Source: Macrostomum hystrix (Eukaryota > Animalia > Platyhelminthes). Taken from it: 64,000 nucleotides of DNA. Both the position numbers and the translations under genes were made by a program. Below the pieces are notes generated by a model. The model was not told the DNA's origin. It saw nothing but the letters and a program-made list of their open reading frames with translations, and did not search any database. Each line of letters begins with the position of its first letter. Position 1 is the stretch's first letter. The stretch lies in the NCBI GenBank assembly GCA_950097015.1, contig CATNEN010000001.1, forward strand, positions 4,030,001 to 4,094,000. Direction: 5' to 3'. Below are positions 47,149 to 59,300 of this stretch, one piece after another.

Positions 47149-50100
47149 TCAGAACCTTAGCCGATCCGGCGGTCGTCGGGGCCGAGTCGGATATCTCCTG
47201 GGGGTGGCAGTCTCCACCGCGGGCTCTTCTGGTCTTGCCCATGCTTCCGAACGGACACTTTGAGGCGACTCCGAGCTTCTCGCGCTACCGCCGACCTCGT
47301 TCTCCTGCCCCGGCTCCACCTCTGCTGGTGGTGGTCGGCCACGTCGGCCTACCTGCTCAGCTTCCTCCTCTTCTTCCTGGCTCTGCCCGTCCTCTTGCAC
47401 CGCACCTCCTTCCTCCTGGCTTGCTTCGTTCGCCGCTGACCTCGACTTCTTAAAAGGCGACAGGTTGTTGAAATGCACTCTTTTGGTCTTCCTTGGATTA
47501 GCCGGATTCTGGACTTCGTACACGGTCTCGGAGATCTTGCGCACTACTTCCACTGGCCCCTTCCAATCGACCCGGAACTTGTTTGGCACCTCCCCAGGCT
47601 TGGCTGGCGCGAAAACAAAGACTAGGTCCCCTGGTTGGTGCGCGGATCCACGGACTTTCCTGTCGTAATAGTCCTTCTGCAACTTCTGGTATGTGCAGGT
47701 CGCTTGTCGCACTGCCTCATGCGCTTGATGGAGGTGCTCCCTCAAACCGGCCACATACGTTGACTTGTCCGTCGGCTCTTGTGGTGTTTTGTAAGCTACA
47801 TCCAGTGGCAATCGCATCTCTTGGCCATGCAGGAGGAAGTACGGCGTGTAGCCAGTGCCGCGATGCACACTTGAACGGTACGCCATCAAGGCTGAGTCGA
47901 TTAGCTCATCCCATTTGTGTGGTTCTGCGCCTTCAGCGATGTAGCTCCGCAGTACCGACTTCAACGTTTGATTGAACTTCTCCACCTGCCCATTTCCGCT
48001 TGGGTGGTAGGCCGTGGTTCTGGTTTTCTTGATTTTCAAAAGAGTACACAGCTCTCGCATTACTTGAGACTCGAAGTTCCGCCCTTGGTCGCTGTGAATC
48101 GAGCTCGGGCAACCATAGATACTAATCCAGTGCCCAAATATGGCCCGCGCTACTGTGGATGCTCGTTGGTTGCGGATCGGGATCGCCGCCGGCCACTTAG
48201 TGAACGCATCCTGCATGGTTAAGATATACTGATGTCCTCTGGCACTCCTTGGCAACGGCCCGACAATGTCCACCATCACCGTCTCAAAGGGTTCGCCCGT
48301 TCGAATCGGCTCCAGTGGGGCTCTAGCCTTCTTCGCTAACTTCGAGCGGCCGCAGGCTTCGCAGCTCCTTACGCACTCGGCAATCTCGCGGCTGATCCCA
48401 GGTCTCCAGAATCGCTCCAGGATCTTCCGCTTGGTCTTGAGCAGTCCAAAGTGACCGCCTGCAGCACCGCTGTGACAATCCGTGATGACTTTCTGCACCA
48501 AGCTCCGCGGCAAGACAATCTGGTCTGTATTTTTCCATCTCCGCACCAAGACCTGGCCAGACGTCTTGAGCAGCTCCCGCTGCGCGCTGAGTGCCCTGCC
48601 GGCTGGGGTCCGCCTAAGCTGTTCAACCACCCCTTCGTTGCCACCGACCAGCTCCTTCATTAACCTGATTTCTTCTTCCAAGTCTTGTGTCGCTGCTAAC
48701 TCTACACGCCCGTCCTCCACTCTTAGCGCGTTTGTCAGCACGGCGTTCAATGGGGCTTGCTCCGAGCATGACGGACACTCCAGGAACCCGACGTGTCGCC
48801 GCGTCTGACGTCTGGACAGCGAGTCTGCGTTTCCGTGAGACAGACCGCTGCGATGCACCACGTAGTAGTCAAATTCTGCCAGTTTCTCAAGCCATCTTGC
48901 ACACTGTCCCTCCGGGTCTTTTAGGTTCTGGATCCATTTCAGATTGTGGTGATCCGTACGCAAGCAAAACTTCTTTGCCGCCAAGTAATAGCGGTACTTG
49001 ACCATGAATGTCACTACAGCCAGCAGCTCCACTCTTGTTGTGCAATAGTTCCGTTCCGCCGATGACAACGACCTCGACCCGTAAGCAATCACCTTCTCGC
49101 TTCCGTCCGACTGTCTTTGCGACAGTACGGCCCCGATGCCAATGGACGAGCTCGCATCGGTGTCCAGCACGAATTCACCGGCGTTTGGTCCGAAGTCCGG
49201 AAACGCCATCACGTCCGTACTGGTCAGCTTCACCTTTAGCTGCTGGAATGCTTCTTCCTGCTCGGGACCCCACTCAAACTCGGCCCCTTTTCGTGTTAGT
49301 CGAAGCAGTGGTTCGGCGACGCTCGAGAAGTGCTGGATGAACCGCCGGTAGTAGCTGCAAAGGCCCATAAAGGACTGTACATCCTTGGTGCTCTTTGGTG
49401 TCGGCCAACTCCTGACGACTTCCACCTTTTCGCTCTCGGTTTCTACTCCGTCCTCTGACACCTGGTGGCCCAGAAATGTTACCTTTTTCAGGAGGAAGTG
49501 GCACTTCTCGGGCTTTAACTTGACGCCGGCCTCCCGCAGCCGCACAAAGACTTCTTCCAACCTTTCCAGGTGCTCCTCAACCGATTTGGACCAAACCAGA
49601 ATGTCATCCAGGTAGATTAAGCAGGTTTTCCAGGCTAACCCGTGCATTGCGACCGTCATGAGGCGTGTGAAAGTGGCTGGGCTGTTGACGAGCCCAAATG
49701 GCATCACTCTCCACATATACTGGCCCCTCTGCGGCACCGAGAACGCTGTCTTGAGCTGGTCTGCCGCATTGACTTTCACCTGCCAGTATCCACTGTGCAG
49801 ATCCATCGAGCTGAACACCTTAGCTCCTGCCAGTTCGTCTAGGGCGTCATCCATCCTCGGCAGCGGAATCGCGTCCCTGGTTGTCACTTTGTTCAATCCG
49901 CGATAATCGACGCACATTCTTAAGCTGCCGTCCTTCTTTCGTACACAAACTATTGGTGCGTTCCAGGGGGACTGCGCCGGCTCAATGCGGCCCTGCTCCT
50001 CCAGCTCGTCGATGAGGGCATGAACCTCCTGCCGCAGGTGCGGGGACAGCCTTCGCGGTGGGATGTTGACCGGTCTGGCGTCCCCGGTCTCGATTTGGTG

Positions 50101-51396
50101 TTCCACCAAAGGTGTCACGCCCAGCTGCGCTGAATCCGTCGCAAAAATGTCCGCGTACGATGTGATCAGACTCTTGAAACCCTGGCGCTGGTCCTCCGTC
50201 GTCGCCGCCCCGCCCCATTCACCGAGCTTTTTGAATACGGTCTCCGCTCGAGGTCGAGATTCTGCTGCTGCTTGACGGGGCTCCGCTGGGTCGTCCTTCA
50301 AGGTCGCTATCTTCAGGCTTCCGAGTTGTAGTGGTCGATACCACCCGACTGTCTCTCCCCGTCGCAGCCGTACTGGCTGCTCCGACACATTGCAGACCCG
50401 CACAGGCATCTCTCCCTTTTCGTCCGGCGTTACTAGTGCTCTTGCCGCAATCACGCCGTCCTCAGTTGTTTGCTTCCTCGGATCCATCATGCCTGCGACT
50501 CGTGCGCTGGTGCCGCCTTTTCTTTCAAGTCGCCCGACGAGTACTGTCTCGTGACCCGGCTCCAATGTCGTGGTCTCCTGCACACGGATCCGGCACACAA
50601 CGGGTCGTTCTCGCTGAAACCGGATCGGCAGTAGCGCATCTCTTAGCTGAAGCACTGCCCTGGCGTAGTCAATCTGGCAGCCATGCCGTTGGAGGAAATC
50701 TGATCCCAACACAAGCTCGTAGCCGATGCCCGCGACGACCAGAACGTCGATTGGGACACGCTCTCCCACTTCCAGATCCAAAGTCGTGACGCCTATTACT
50801 TCAATTGGACTGCCGTTGGCTGTCGTGACCCGGGCGAATGCTCCGCGGAGGAGCTGCGGCCTGCCCCGAAGCCGCAAGAACCTTGCTTCGGACATGACGG
50901 TACAGGACGCTCCTGAATCTAGCAGCGCGGACACTTGACCGCCTCCGGCGAGTTTTAAATCGACATAGACTGATGTTGGGGTGATGCTGATGGACGCCTG
51001 TGGCAACCTCTGGTTGGTGGGGCCGTCGCCACCAACCGATGAGGCCACCGGGTTGGTAGACGCCGACTTGGTCGCTCCCGTTGAAGGCGTGGTCAGATTG
51101 GCCCACGATGCTGTAGTAGGACCAGTTGTTGGTTCGACGGTGTTGACGTGAGGTGAAGCAGTAGGGTAGGTTGATGACGCGATAGTGCTGACAAACGATG
51201 ATGCAGTAGGGGTGGTTGATGACGCGATAGTGTTAACGAACGATGATGCAGTAGGTATGGTATATGACGCAAAGGATGACGCAGTCAAAGATGACTTGAA
51301 TGACGCATGATGACGTTCTCGCAGCTTCGCACCTGGGGGGCCTCCATCGTGTCCGGACCTCACTTCCCCCACCGCGGATCCGGAGTACCGTTTCCC
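47149..51396 (-). CDS. pol: Gypsy-J pol (PR-RT-RH-IN), via -1 frameshift
   Basis: LLDSGAS, YLDD, DTDASS, TDH, H..GH..C..C, DIVGP, SDQGRNFES and GQVEKFN; over 1400 uninterrupted codons. Confidence 0.97.
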   Translation of the reverse strand, partial: GKRYSGSAVGEVRSGHDGGPPGAKLRERHHASFKSSLTASSFASYTIPTASSFVNTIASSTTPTASSFVSTIASSTYPTASPHVNTVEPTTGPTTASWANLTTPSTGATKSASTNPVASSVGGDGPTNQRLPQASISITPTSVYVDLKLAGGGQVSALLDSGASCTVMSEARFLRLRGRPQLLRGAFARVTTANGSPIEVIGVTTLDLEVGERVPIDVLVVAGIGYELVLGSDFLQRHGCQIDYARAVLQLRDALLPIRFQRERPVVCRIRVQETTTLEPGHETVLVGRLERKGGTSARVAGMMDPRKQTTEDGVIAARALVTPDEKGEMPVRVCNVSEQPVRLRRGETVGWYRPLQLGSLKIATLKDDPAEPRQAAAESRPRAETVFKKLGEWGGAATTEDQRQGFKSLITSYADIFATDSAQLGVTPLVEHQIETGDARPVNIPPRRLSPHLRQEVHALIDELEEQGRIEPAQSPWNAPIVCVRKKDGSLRMCVDYRGLNKVTTRDAIPLPRMDDALDELAGAKVFSSMDLHSGYWQVKVNAADQLKTAFSVPQRGQYMWRVMPFGLVNSPATFTRLMTVAMHGLAWKTCLIYLDDILVWSKSVEEHLERLEEVFVRLREAGVKLKPEKCHFLLKKVTFLGHQVSEDGVETESEKVEVVRSWPTPKSTKDVQSFMGLCSYYRRFIQHFSSVAEPLLRLTRKGAEFEWGPEQEEAFQQLKVKLTSTDVMAFPDFGPNAGEFVLDTDASSSIGIGAVLSQRQSDGSEKVIAYGSRSLSSAERNYCTTRVELLAVVTFMVKYRYYLAAKKFCLRTDHHNLKWIQNLKDPEGQCARWLEKLAEFDYYVVHRSGLSHGNADSLSRRQTRRHVGFLECPSCSEQAPLNAVLTNALRVEDGRVELAATQDLEEEIRLMKELVGGNEGVVEQLRRTPAGRALSAQRELLKTSGQVLVRRWKNTDQIVLPRSLVQKVITDCHSGAAGGHFGLLKTKRKILERFWRPGISREIAECVRSCEACGRSKLAKKARAPLEPIRTGEPFETVMVDIVGPLPRSARGHQYILTMQDAFTKWPAAIPIRNQRASTVARAIFGHWISIYGCPSSIHSDQGRNFESQVMRELCTLLKIKKTRTTAYHPSGNGQVEKFNQTLKSVLRSYIAEGAEPHKWDELIDSALMAYRSSVHRGTGYTPYFLLHGQEMRLPLDVAYKTPQEPTDKSTYVAGLREHLHQAHEAVRQATCTYQKLQKDYYDRKVRGSAHQPGDLVFVFAPAKPGEVPNKFRVDWKGPVEVVRKISETVYEVQNPANPRKTKRVHFNNLSPFKKSRSAANEASQEEGGAVQEDGQSQEEEEEAEQVGRRGRPPPAEVEPGQENEVGGSARSSESPQSVRSEAWARPEEPAVETATPRRYPTRPRRPPDRLRF

Positions 51397-52325
51397 TCCG
51401 CACGACAGCTGGCCGCCACATGCCCAGTACTACCGCACCGGTAGCAGCGAACAGCGTGGTAGGCCCTGGCCCTTGGTGGGGGTCCTGCCGCTTTCTTCGG
51501 ACACTCCCTGGCCACGTGACCCTTCTGACGACACGTCCAACACTCGACGCCTCCCTGCGGGACAGCCTTCGACGGCTGACTCGGCCGGTCTTCGATTCCA
51601 CCGGACGATGGTTTGGCCTGTTGCAGCTGCTTCTCCAGCTCCCTGATCCGTGCTCGCAGCGCGCCGACCTGGTCCTCTGATGCCTCTCCTGGGGTGGCTC
51701 CCAGGGCGTTGAACACGGCTGTCTTCCCCTTCGCCGATAGTCCGGCGTGAGCTGCCCGGAGCGCTGCGTCGAGCTGGCGAGCGCTGCGAATTGCGGCGGT
51801 CAGATCGACTGGCTGGCTGAGAAATAGCTTCTCCCGCACGGCCTCTGGTACCCGGGCCCCTTTTAGGAATCGATCCTTGGCCAGCTCCGACCTAGCCTCC
51901 TGGTCGATCGTCGGGTAAGCGTTGCGCACTATCTCGAGCAGAGCGTCGCCATACGCCTCCATCGACTCCTTCGGATCTTGGTCCCGACCGGCCAGCTCCA
52001 ACCTGTAGTCCTGCGGCGTCCGGTATTGACTGAACCTCTGAAGTAGTTGTTCCGTGAATCCCTGGTAGTCCTGATTCTCCTCGAACGACATGTTGTCGAC
52101 CGCTGCATAGGCCGTGCCGAGGTCCAACAGACTCATCAGATGCGGTCGGCGCTCTTCCTCCTCGATTCCACTCGCCTCGCAGAACTCGTTGAAGGTCCTC
52201 AGCCACAGCCGGAAGTTCATACCGGTCACATACTTGGTTGGCTTTGCCACGCGCGGCAGTCCATGGTGCAAATTTTCACGCAACCTCTCCGTCAGCGCAC
52301 CAATCAGGTCGTCGATACCAGCCAT
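51360..52325 (-). CDS. gag: Gypsy-J gag
   Basis: Two zinc knuckles, CWTCRQKGHVAREC and CYRCGSTGHVAASC. Confidence 0.95.
   Translation of the reverse strand: MAGIDDLIGALTERLRENLHHGLPRVAKPTKYVTGMNFRLWLRTFNEFCEASGIEEEERRPHLMSLLDLGTAYAAVDNMSFEENQDYQGFTEQLLQRFSQYRTPQDYRLELAGRDQDPKESMEAYGDALLEIVRNAYPTIDQEARSELAKDRFLKGARVPEAVREKLFLSQPVDLTAAIRSARQLDAALRAAHAGLSAKGKTAVFNALGATPGEASEDQVGALRARIRELEKQLQQAKPSSGGIEDRPSQPSKAVPQGGVECWTCRQKGHVARECPKKAAGPPPRARAYHAVRCYRCGSTGHVAASCRAEGNGTPDPRWGK
51390..51396 (-). promoter_or_regulatory. -1 ribosomal frameshift heptamer G GGA AAC
   Basis: In gag frame; a -1 shift enters the pol frame (KRYSGSAVGEVR); TCCGGA..TCCGGA stem downstream. Confidence 0.8.
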
Positions 52326-52487
52326 GAGTCGCAGTACAGCAGCGCGAGACTTTCCGATACGCGATTGAGAAGCTCAGCTCCGAGTTCGCTTCAGCCCGCA
52401 CAGCAATAACCCCCAGACGATCAATAAACACAATAGACACTACACAATTCAAACAGACACTCGCCTTCACAACTCACAGGCACAGCA

Positions 52488-52506
52488 GGCCCCACATTGG
52501 GCGCCA
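52488..52506 (-). promoter_or_regulatory. PBS complementary to tRNA-Lys 3' end
   Basis: TGGCGCCCAATGTGGGGC, one mismatch from the canonical Lys1,2 PBS TGGCGCCCAACGTGGGGC. Confidence 0.88.
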
Positions 52507-52509
52507 ATT

Positions 52510-53330
52510 TGTTGTACTCGCGACTTCCCGGAGGGGTGCCCCTAGGAGGGTCAGAGTACGCGGGCCCGTGCTGGCCTGCGTCAGGGCGCGAGTGTCCGCA
52601 CGGGACCCTAAGTCTGGGGCGTCAGGACGCACCCAAGTGGCCGGCACACGCGTCGGGACGCTGTGATGTCGATCACCCTTCAGCGGGGCGGCAGGGCGCA
52701 CGAGCTGGCGTCTGAGTACAGCGGGCGTACAGTACAGGGTGACCCCTGGCTGGCTACCTGGTCTAGTCCCCCTCCTTAGTCGGCGTCAGGACACACGGAC
52801 GGTCCCCACTACAGCCCCCGAAATGAAGGAGACAAGGCAGCGACTTACTTCTGGTTCACTCGCACTCGTGCGGGTAGTCAACTTCGTTCAGCGGACTTTT
52901 GATTGCGGCTGGCAGACCGGGTGGTCGATATTTATTAGTTATTATTTGTGCGTGGGGGACGGGTTATGGAAACAGAGTCAGGCGTTGTAGAGCGTGAACA
53001 CGCGCACGGGGCAGCCACCCGCCCCCGGCCGCGCCTTTATAGGACACGGCTCACGAAGGGCCGGGGCCCCCTCCCCCGCCCCACCCCCACCCACCACCCC
53101 GGCCCAGCTACCCACCGGCCAATCACGGCGCAGCTGGGGGAGGGGCAGCCTGGGGCGAGGACCAAAAAGGGCGGCCCAGCCAACCAGCGCGCAGCCAACA
53201 CAATGGCGGCTAAGCGGCTTACACCGCTGAGCCTTTAACGCCAAAACAACAATGCCAAAAACAACTGCGAGTGCACTTGTTGCGCAGGGGGGCGAGTGCA
53301 CTTGAGCAGTGCAAGCGCACGTGCACAACA
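52510..53330 (-). repeat. 5' LTR of Gypsy-J (821 bp)
   Basis: Partner of 44561-45381; followed by the CTAA TSD. Confidence 0.97.
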
Positions 53331-54599
53331 CTAATTTATATTTAATGTAATAAAGCAGTCCATGCATAGTTTTTATTTTGCAATTTTGTTTTTGTGCAGT
53401 CGCTCCAGACTTTTAAATTATGGGCTTTATCGCGTGTACGTACACATGCATCGTACAACGATTAGCTGCAGCGTGCTAAATAGTTCAATGAGGTATTAAA
53501 AGCGTACAAGGAGACGAACCTCAAGTATTTGTACCTTTTAGTTGAAGTTAAAAGTTCAAGCTTTTAGTGAATCATCAGAAAATAAAACTATCCGTTTTAA
53601 ATCGTGCAACATATTGTTTTGTCTCGGACATTTGTGACACTGTCACTTAGGGTTGCAAGGTTTTTTAAAGAGAAGCTTGTTGCTTTTCCAATGCTGAAGT
53701 ATTTGTGTTGTATGGATCAGGGTTTTTCGTCAAAATTTAGATGCATGTATGCATCTAAACATGTATATGCAGATGGAAATATGATAATCAAGATGCAATA
53801 TGTATATTTGCCTACATTTTCCGATTTTGTATAAAATGGAAAATGTTGAAGATTACCCTATGGTATAACTGTTTTCTCTCCATTTTACTATTTCAAAGTT
53901 CCCACGTGAATTTAGATTTAGCATGCCAGCCTTAAAAAATAAAAAATCTGCATAGTGTAGAATTGTATACTCTGTTATTTAAGGCTATAATATATTGCCA
54001 ATATATTTGCTTAGATAAATCAAAAAGTATTTACTTTACTTGAAAAAATAATGTTCACTACAAATTTTTCTGAGTGGAAACCAGGAAACATAAACCTATC
54101 AAGTGTTATATAGAAATAAAGCATAAAGATATGGATATAATATAATAGAGCCATTGTGGGCATTAAATATAAAACAAATGAATCACTAAAATCGAAATTT
54201 GAAAAAAGTGAATTTTTGGCATGTTGCAAGTAAAGAGGCTTATAATTTGAATTATTTTTTATTTTGCTTGACATAAAATATGTATAGATTTATACTTTTG
54301 GGCAAGGTTTATTATCTCTTAAAATTCTGATTGTAAATTTGCAAGTAAGCTTAAAAATTGTTTAAGTTGAAGCTCAAATAAAATCAGTCTTAATTCCGAT
54401 CTGACTTTCCAAAGTAAATCCCTAAATTATTTGTTACAATTGCTTTTAAAAACTTGCCCTTTCATTCATTCATTAATCAAAATTTTGTTCTAGAAATGAT
54501 GCAATAGGTTTTATACATATCAACCTTATATATAAAAGGTTGCACACTGAGATTTAAATAGAGCTTTTAACATGTGTGTCCAGAGGTGAGGTCATGAGG

Positions 54600-55682
54600 C
54601 CAACTGCACACCAACAGTATACCAACTGCATGCCAGCTGCATACCAATTATATTCCAACATGCAAACTCTACACCAACTGTTTGCCAACCCTATACCAAC
54701 TGCATACCAACTCCATACCGACATGCCAACTCTATACCAACTGTATACCAACTGCATACCAGCACCTCATAGGGCTCATACATGCGCAACCTCCCAAATC
54801 TTAGCCGGCCGTGCAACTTAGTTTTTGCTCTCATTTGTTACTTAGTTCGTTTCATTGCTCTATTTACGACTTAGTTTGCTCTCATTTGCTCTCTGTTTTC
54901 TCTCACCTAAGTTGTTGTAGGCTTCTTTTCTTATATACTTTATGAATGTCTTTACTTTATTCGCTTTATGCACTTCTTATTTCAATTCAAATTGGTAACG
55001 TTTATATATTCAATATGATAGTGTTACACTTTCAATATGGCCGGTATCTATCTTTACCTTTTACCTTTGCTTATAACCTTACTGTATAATTTCTATAAGT
55101 AATTATATCAATCTTTATACATATTTATCAGTCTTCATCAGTCTTTATCCGTCTTTATCCGTCTTTATCAATCTTTATCAGTCTTCAGTTCAATCTTCAG
55201 TCCGTCCTTGGGCTTTTCCAGTGGCTCTAGAGTTACAGCTTTTCTTCACTCTATTTAGTTCTCTTTCGCAATGTCTCTTTCTCAAATAACTTCAATATGA
55301 ACACTTCAAGATTCAAGCTTTCTTTACTTTGAACTCCTTTCTCAAACGAGAGCGGGTTGATTCTTCTCCCTCTGTTTCGTGTGTATTTATACTAAAACTT
55401 CTCCTCCTCCTCACCTCCGCGACTTCATTAAAACATTTTATTTTCGGTGCATTTAAACAAATTGGTGCATTTAAACAAATTTGGTGCATTTAAACAAACA
55501 AAATACTAATTTCGCGGGAAAATATTTCTAGGAATAAAAGCGAGGCCTATCTCACAACTGCATACCAACACCATACCGACTGCTTACCAACTGCATGCCA
55601 GCTGCATACCAATTATATTCCAACATGACAACTGCATACCAACTCCATTCCAACTGCAGTCTTCAGTCTTCAACTGCCAACT
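54600..55682. repeat. 11-bp (CCAACTGCATA)-type minisatellite split by an AT-rich LTR-like insert (~54820-55553)
   Basis: Arrays at 54600-54765 and 55554-55682; the intervening sequence has TGTTGTAGG (~54913) and ends GGCCTATCTCA, resembling family S termini. Confidence 0.7.
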
Positions 55683-55689
55683 ATAATAC

Positions 55690-56320
55690 TGTTGTTGGGC
55701 TCTTTTATTAATAACAAAACTCACCTTAAATTGACCCTTTGAAATAATTCTTAATTTCCTTTGTCAATGACTTAATTATACTTGATAGACTGGCTTCTTA
55801 CTTAATATGTATATATAGCTAAATATGGTAGCGCTCGCACGAGTATCCGAGTGGCAAGACACTTCTTCCTCTCCTTACTTACTCAAAAACTATCTGGCTT
55901 TCTGGTTTTTCCCAGTCTTTCAAGTTCCAAATGGACTGAATTTGCCCAACTTTGCACACAGTGCTATTCCACCAATCAGGATTTACCCTCTGCTCTTTTA
56001 GTTATTACGCTATACTGCTTTTGATAATTATCTCCTTCTTTATTCTTTAGAATATTCACCGACTTGTGTGTGACCACAGACCTGCTTTTCTCTCTCTCTC
56101 TCTGAATAAGAACGATTTAAACACTGAGACTTATTCTCCTTTATTCAACACAGGACTGGGTACGGGGCACCGGTTGGAGTTCTAGGGCTAGTTTACGGTT
56201 ATATTTATAGCGAAAATTTGAGGTGGGTGATAAAGCACAGTAAAACAAAAGATAAAATCGGGGAAAAGTGTTTGGCGGGAATTCAAGTTAAAATATACGA
56301 TAAAATTAGGGCCTGCCTCA
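55690..56320 (-). mobile_element. solo LTR (family S), TSD ATAC
   Basis: TGTTG...GGGCCTGCCTCA with ATAC on both sides; homologous to the other two copies. Confidence 0.88.
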
Positions 56321-56398
56321 ATACTTATATTATGCCACACTAAACGAAAACATGGCAAATTCATACCATTAATTGTTTCTTGTTTCAGGCTTCTTTGC

Positions 56399-59300
56399 AT
56401 GGCAGCGAAGAGAAGTGTGAACGACATTTCTGAAGCCATTAGTGGTGACCAGTCAGGTGCTGCTGGTGCACAAGTTTTTTCTGCTGGATGTGTTTTTGTC
56501 GAATCATGCATATCAGCTAATCTCTTCGTGAATCACTTTGATTCAAGAACTTGTAAACTTAAGCCTTCTTGGTTCGATGAAGTCATTTATCCACTGTTTA
56601 GACAGCATGGTGAGTATTGTCAGTTCTCAGTTAATAAGGTTAGACTGCGTGCATTTAAGCGCCATCGGAAGGACTGCAGTTTTCTTTGGATGCGCCTAGT
56701 CTGTGCCGAAGGCTCTGGTTGCAGTATGACATTCGTCGTCACCTTAAACAAGGCGCCGACTGATGGTCAGTCCTCTACACTGACACTACGAAGAATCTCA
56801 GAGCACTCGGGGCATGATGTTCCATCAAGTTGTTCCTCTTATCGCTATCTGTGGCAACGAGGTTCACAAGAGTGCCGTAACTTTGTTTTATCTCAGGCCA
56901 CCAACCCTGCTGCCAACCCAACGCAGACCTATGTGAAAGCAATCGAGCTGTTTGGTAGCGAAGCATGCTCTCTATCTGCTGTCCGTACAACTGTTAGTCG
57001 GACAAAAGCTGCCGACGACAAGTCTCCAGATGACATGCGAGATTTAAGACTCCAAATGAAAGACTGGAAGTTGACTATAAACGAGGATGGAGTCATTAGC
57101 GGCTATATCCAAAAGATTGACGTTGCACCAGTTGGTGTAATTCTCCATACCTCCATGCAGTTGGATTTGCTTCGCGACGTGCTCAAAGGCAATCAGCTTG
57201 CTCCTCTCCACTTAGACGCCACCGGCGGAATTGTGCGACAGACCCAGAACGTGTCGAGCACTGTACTTCTGTGCAGTGCTGTTGTTGCAACCCCGGAAAT
57301 AAAGAGAACAGCTGTATCAGAAAGCATCATGGAGGTCACGCGCTCGGAAAATGTGTCCAGTTGGCTAATGCATTTTTTAGCAGATTTCGCTCGTCACTGC
57401 AACATAGGACTGTGGGAACTACCCAAGAAAGGTCCGCAAATCTACGTGTCTGACTTTAGCTGGGTTTTCATTCATGGTATTCTCCGAGCCGCATGTACGA
57501 CCTGTGTTACAGACTACCTGCGTGTACAGTACAATCGACTTCGGAGTGCTGATCTGAAGCCACCTGAATCTCCTGTTGTGTTTATCTGTAGCTCGCATTT
57601 GCTGCGCGCTGTTGCCAGGACTTTGAAGTCACCAGATAAAATCGATAATGTTACTTATCGCGAGTTCATGCTCTCTTTTGCACTATTAGTGACGTCGAAA
57701 ACTTTGCGTTGCGCCCAAGCTGTTTGGAAGGCAATGGTCGAGGTGTTTACCTCCAGGCGGGTAGGTCCTGCCACTTTGAAGGCTTTACAAATTCTACATG
57801 GTAGGTTCGACTTCGGTTCGTTGGAGATTCCTGATGAAAACCAAGTGGCTGAAGATTCTGCTAATGTCTCAAATGCAGTACAAGAAGACGTCGCATTGGC
57901 TGAATTGGAGACTGGACTACGAGCCTCATCACCTTTTTGCGAAGTACTTCAACGATTTGACAAGCGAAGTGAGAGCAAGCGATGGCAATGGCGTGCTGAA
58001 CAATCTTTTCTACCCTCAGGCTGTTCAGGTTGTATTGCGAAAGTGGATGCCACTGTTTCCTATTTGGAGTGTGGCAGTGTTTGGAGGAAATCGTAGCACA
58101 CACGTGACCAACGCCGCTGTTGAATCATGGTTCAGCTGGTGCAAAAGCGAAGCACTGCCTTCTCAAGTTCTCGGCTCAGGTTACCAAGATTTGTCCGTGC
58201 GCAACTAACAACCGTAAAACTGCAACTGAAGCGGTTGCAGCACGAGCAACACCGTCATGTTCCAGTATATCAAGGTAAAGACTCCATCGACACTTATTTG
58301 AATAATTCAATTACTCGTGACATTCTCTTCATGAACCTAGCACTCTGTAGTAAGTTTTAAAAGATGTATTAGATGTATTAAATAAATTAAATGATGTACT
58401 AAAAGATGTAACAGAAGCAAGACGAATTGGGTTGATAATAACTAACATTGTGTGTAAAGTGTACGCTGCATTACTTCCTACCTTTTCGTTATTTCAGAAA
58501 AAGGCGGACACATTAAAGCAGAATGCCACCCGATTTCGCCTTTCTGAAGCCGGCCTAAATTCTGCATGGCAACAACGCCAGGAACGACTCAATCGCGATT
58601 TGAAAGCGTTTCGTGTTCGTGAGCACCAGAGACTTGTCACAGACGCACTGTCAGAGTTTAAATCGCGTATCAAATTAGAGTTTGCTGCTGAGGAATCCGC
58701 ACTTCACGGCTCTGGAGATTACAATTTGCAGCGAGGATGGACCTCACATCTTGTTGCTAACGAAGACTGGAATCAGCTCTCTGCTGACGAACAGAGTCTT
58801 CATCTAAAACATTTTTTGGCATCGCGAAGTAAGTTATAAGTAGTACACGAACGTGCTTAACTTCTAAAAATATACTATTTTCTTCTTTAATACGCCTGTT
58901 TCATTTGAATGGGCCCCATATAAGCAAAAGTAAAGATTGTATGTGGCCGGGCGAAACAGTCGATGGAATAATCAAAGTTTTGTCAAGTCTATACCGTTAG
59001 CAGCTTTGGCGTCACCTTAATTATTATTCCTTTCAGTTTTGGGAACTAAGGACAACTTAAAATTCTTAAGCGGTTAGCACTGGTTAAACTGGTTAAACGG
59101 GCAATGTCCTGACAATAAAAGAATATTTGCTCATGTCCGTAAAACTGTCGCGAAGTTTATTTAGGATATTTTTTCTTTTTCATGCAGGTACGGCCACTCG
59201 CATTGACCTTCGGCCAGGTGCCGGTGACACACGTGGAAACAAAAATCCTTCTCGTCTGCGCAGGCCGCCAAGGAAGGCTCCAATGGAAACGCCTTTTCCG

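Larger units (their letters stand above)
44561..53330 (-). mobile_element. full-length young Ty3/Gypsy element (Gypsy-J) with extra J-domain ORF
   Basis: LTRs 44561-45381 and 52510-53330, TG..CA ends, TSD CTAA, PBS, PPT and intact gag/pol. Confidence 0.97.

Noticed and set aside
47088-52409. many plus-strand ORFs
   Set aside because: Antisense shadows of GC-rich gag/pol.
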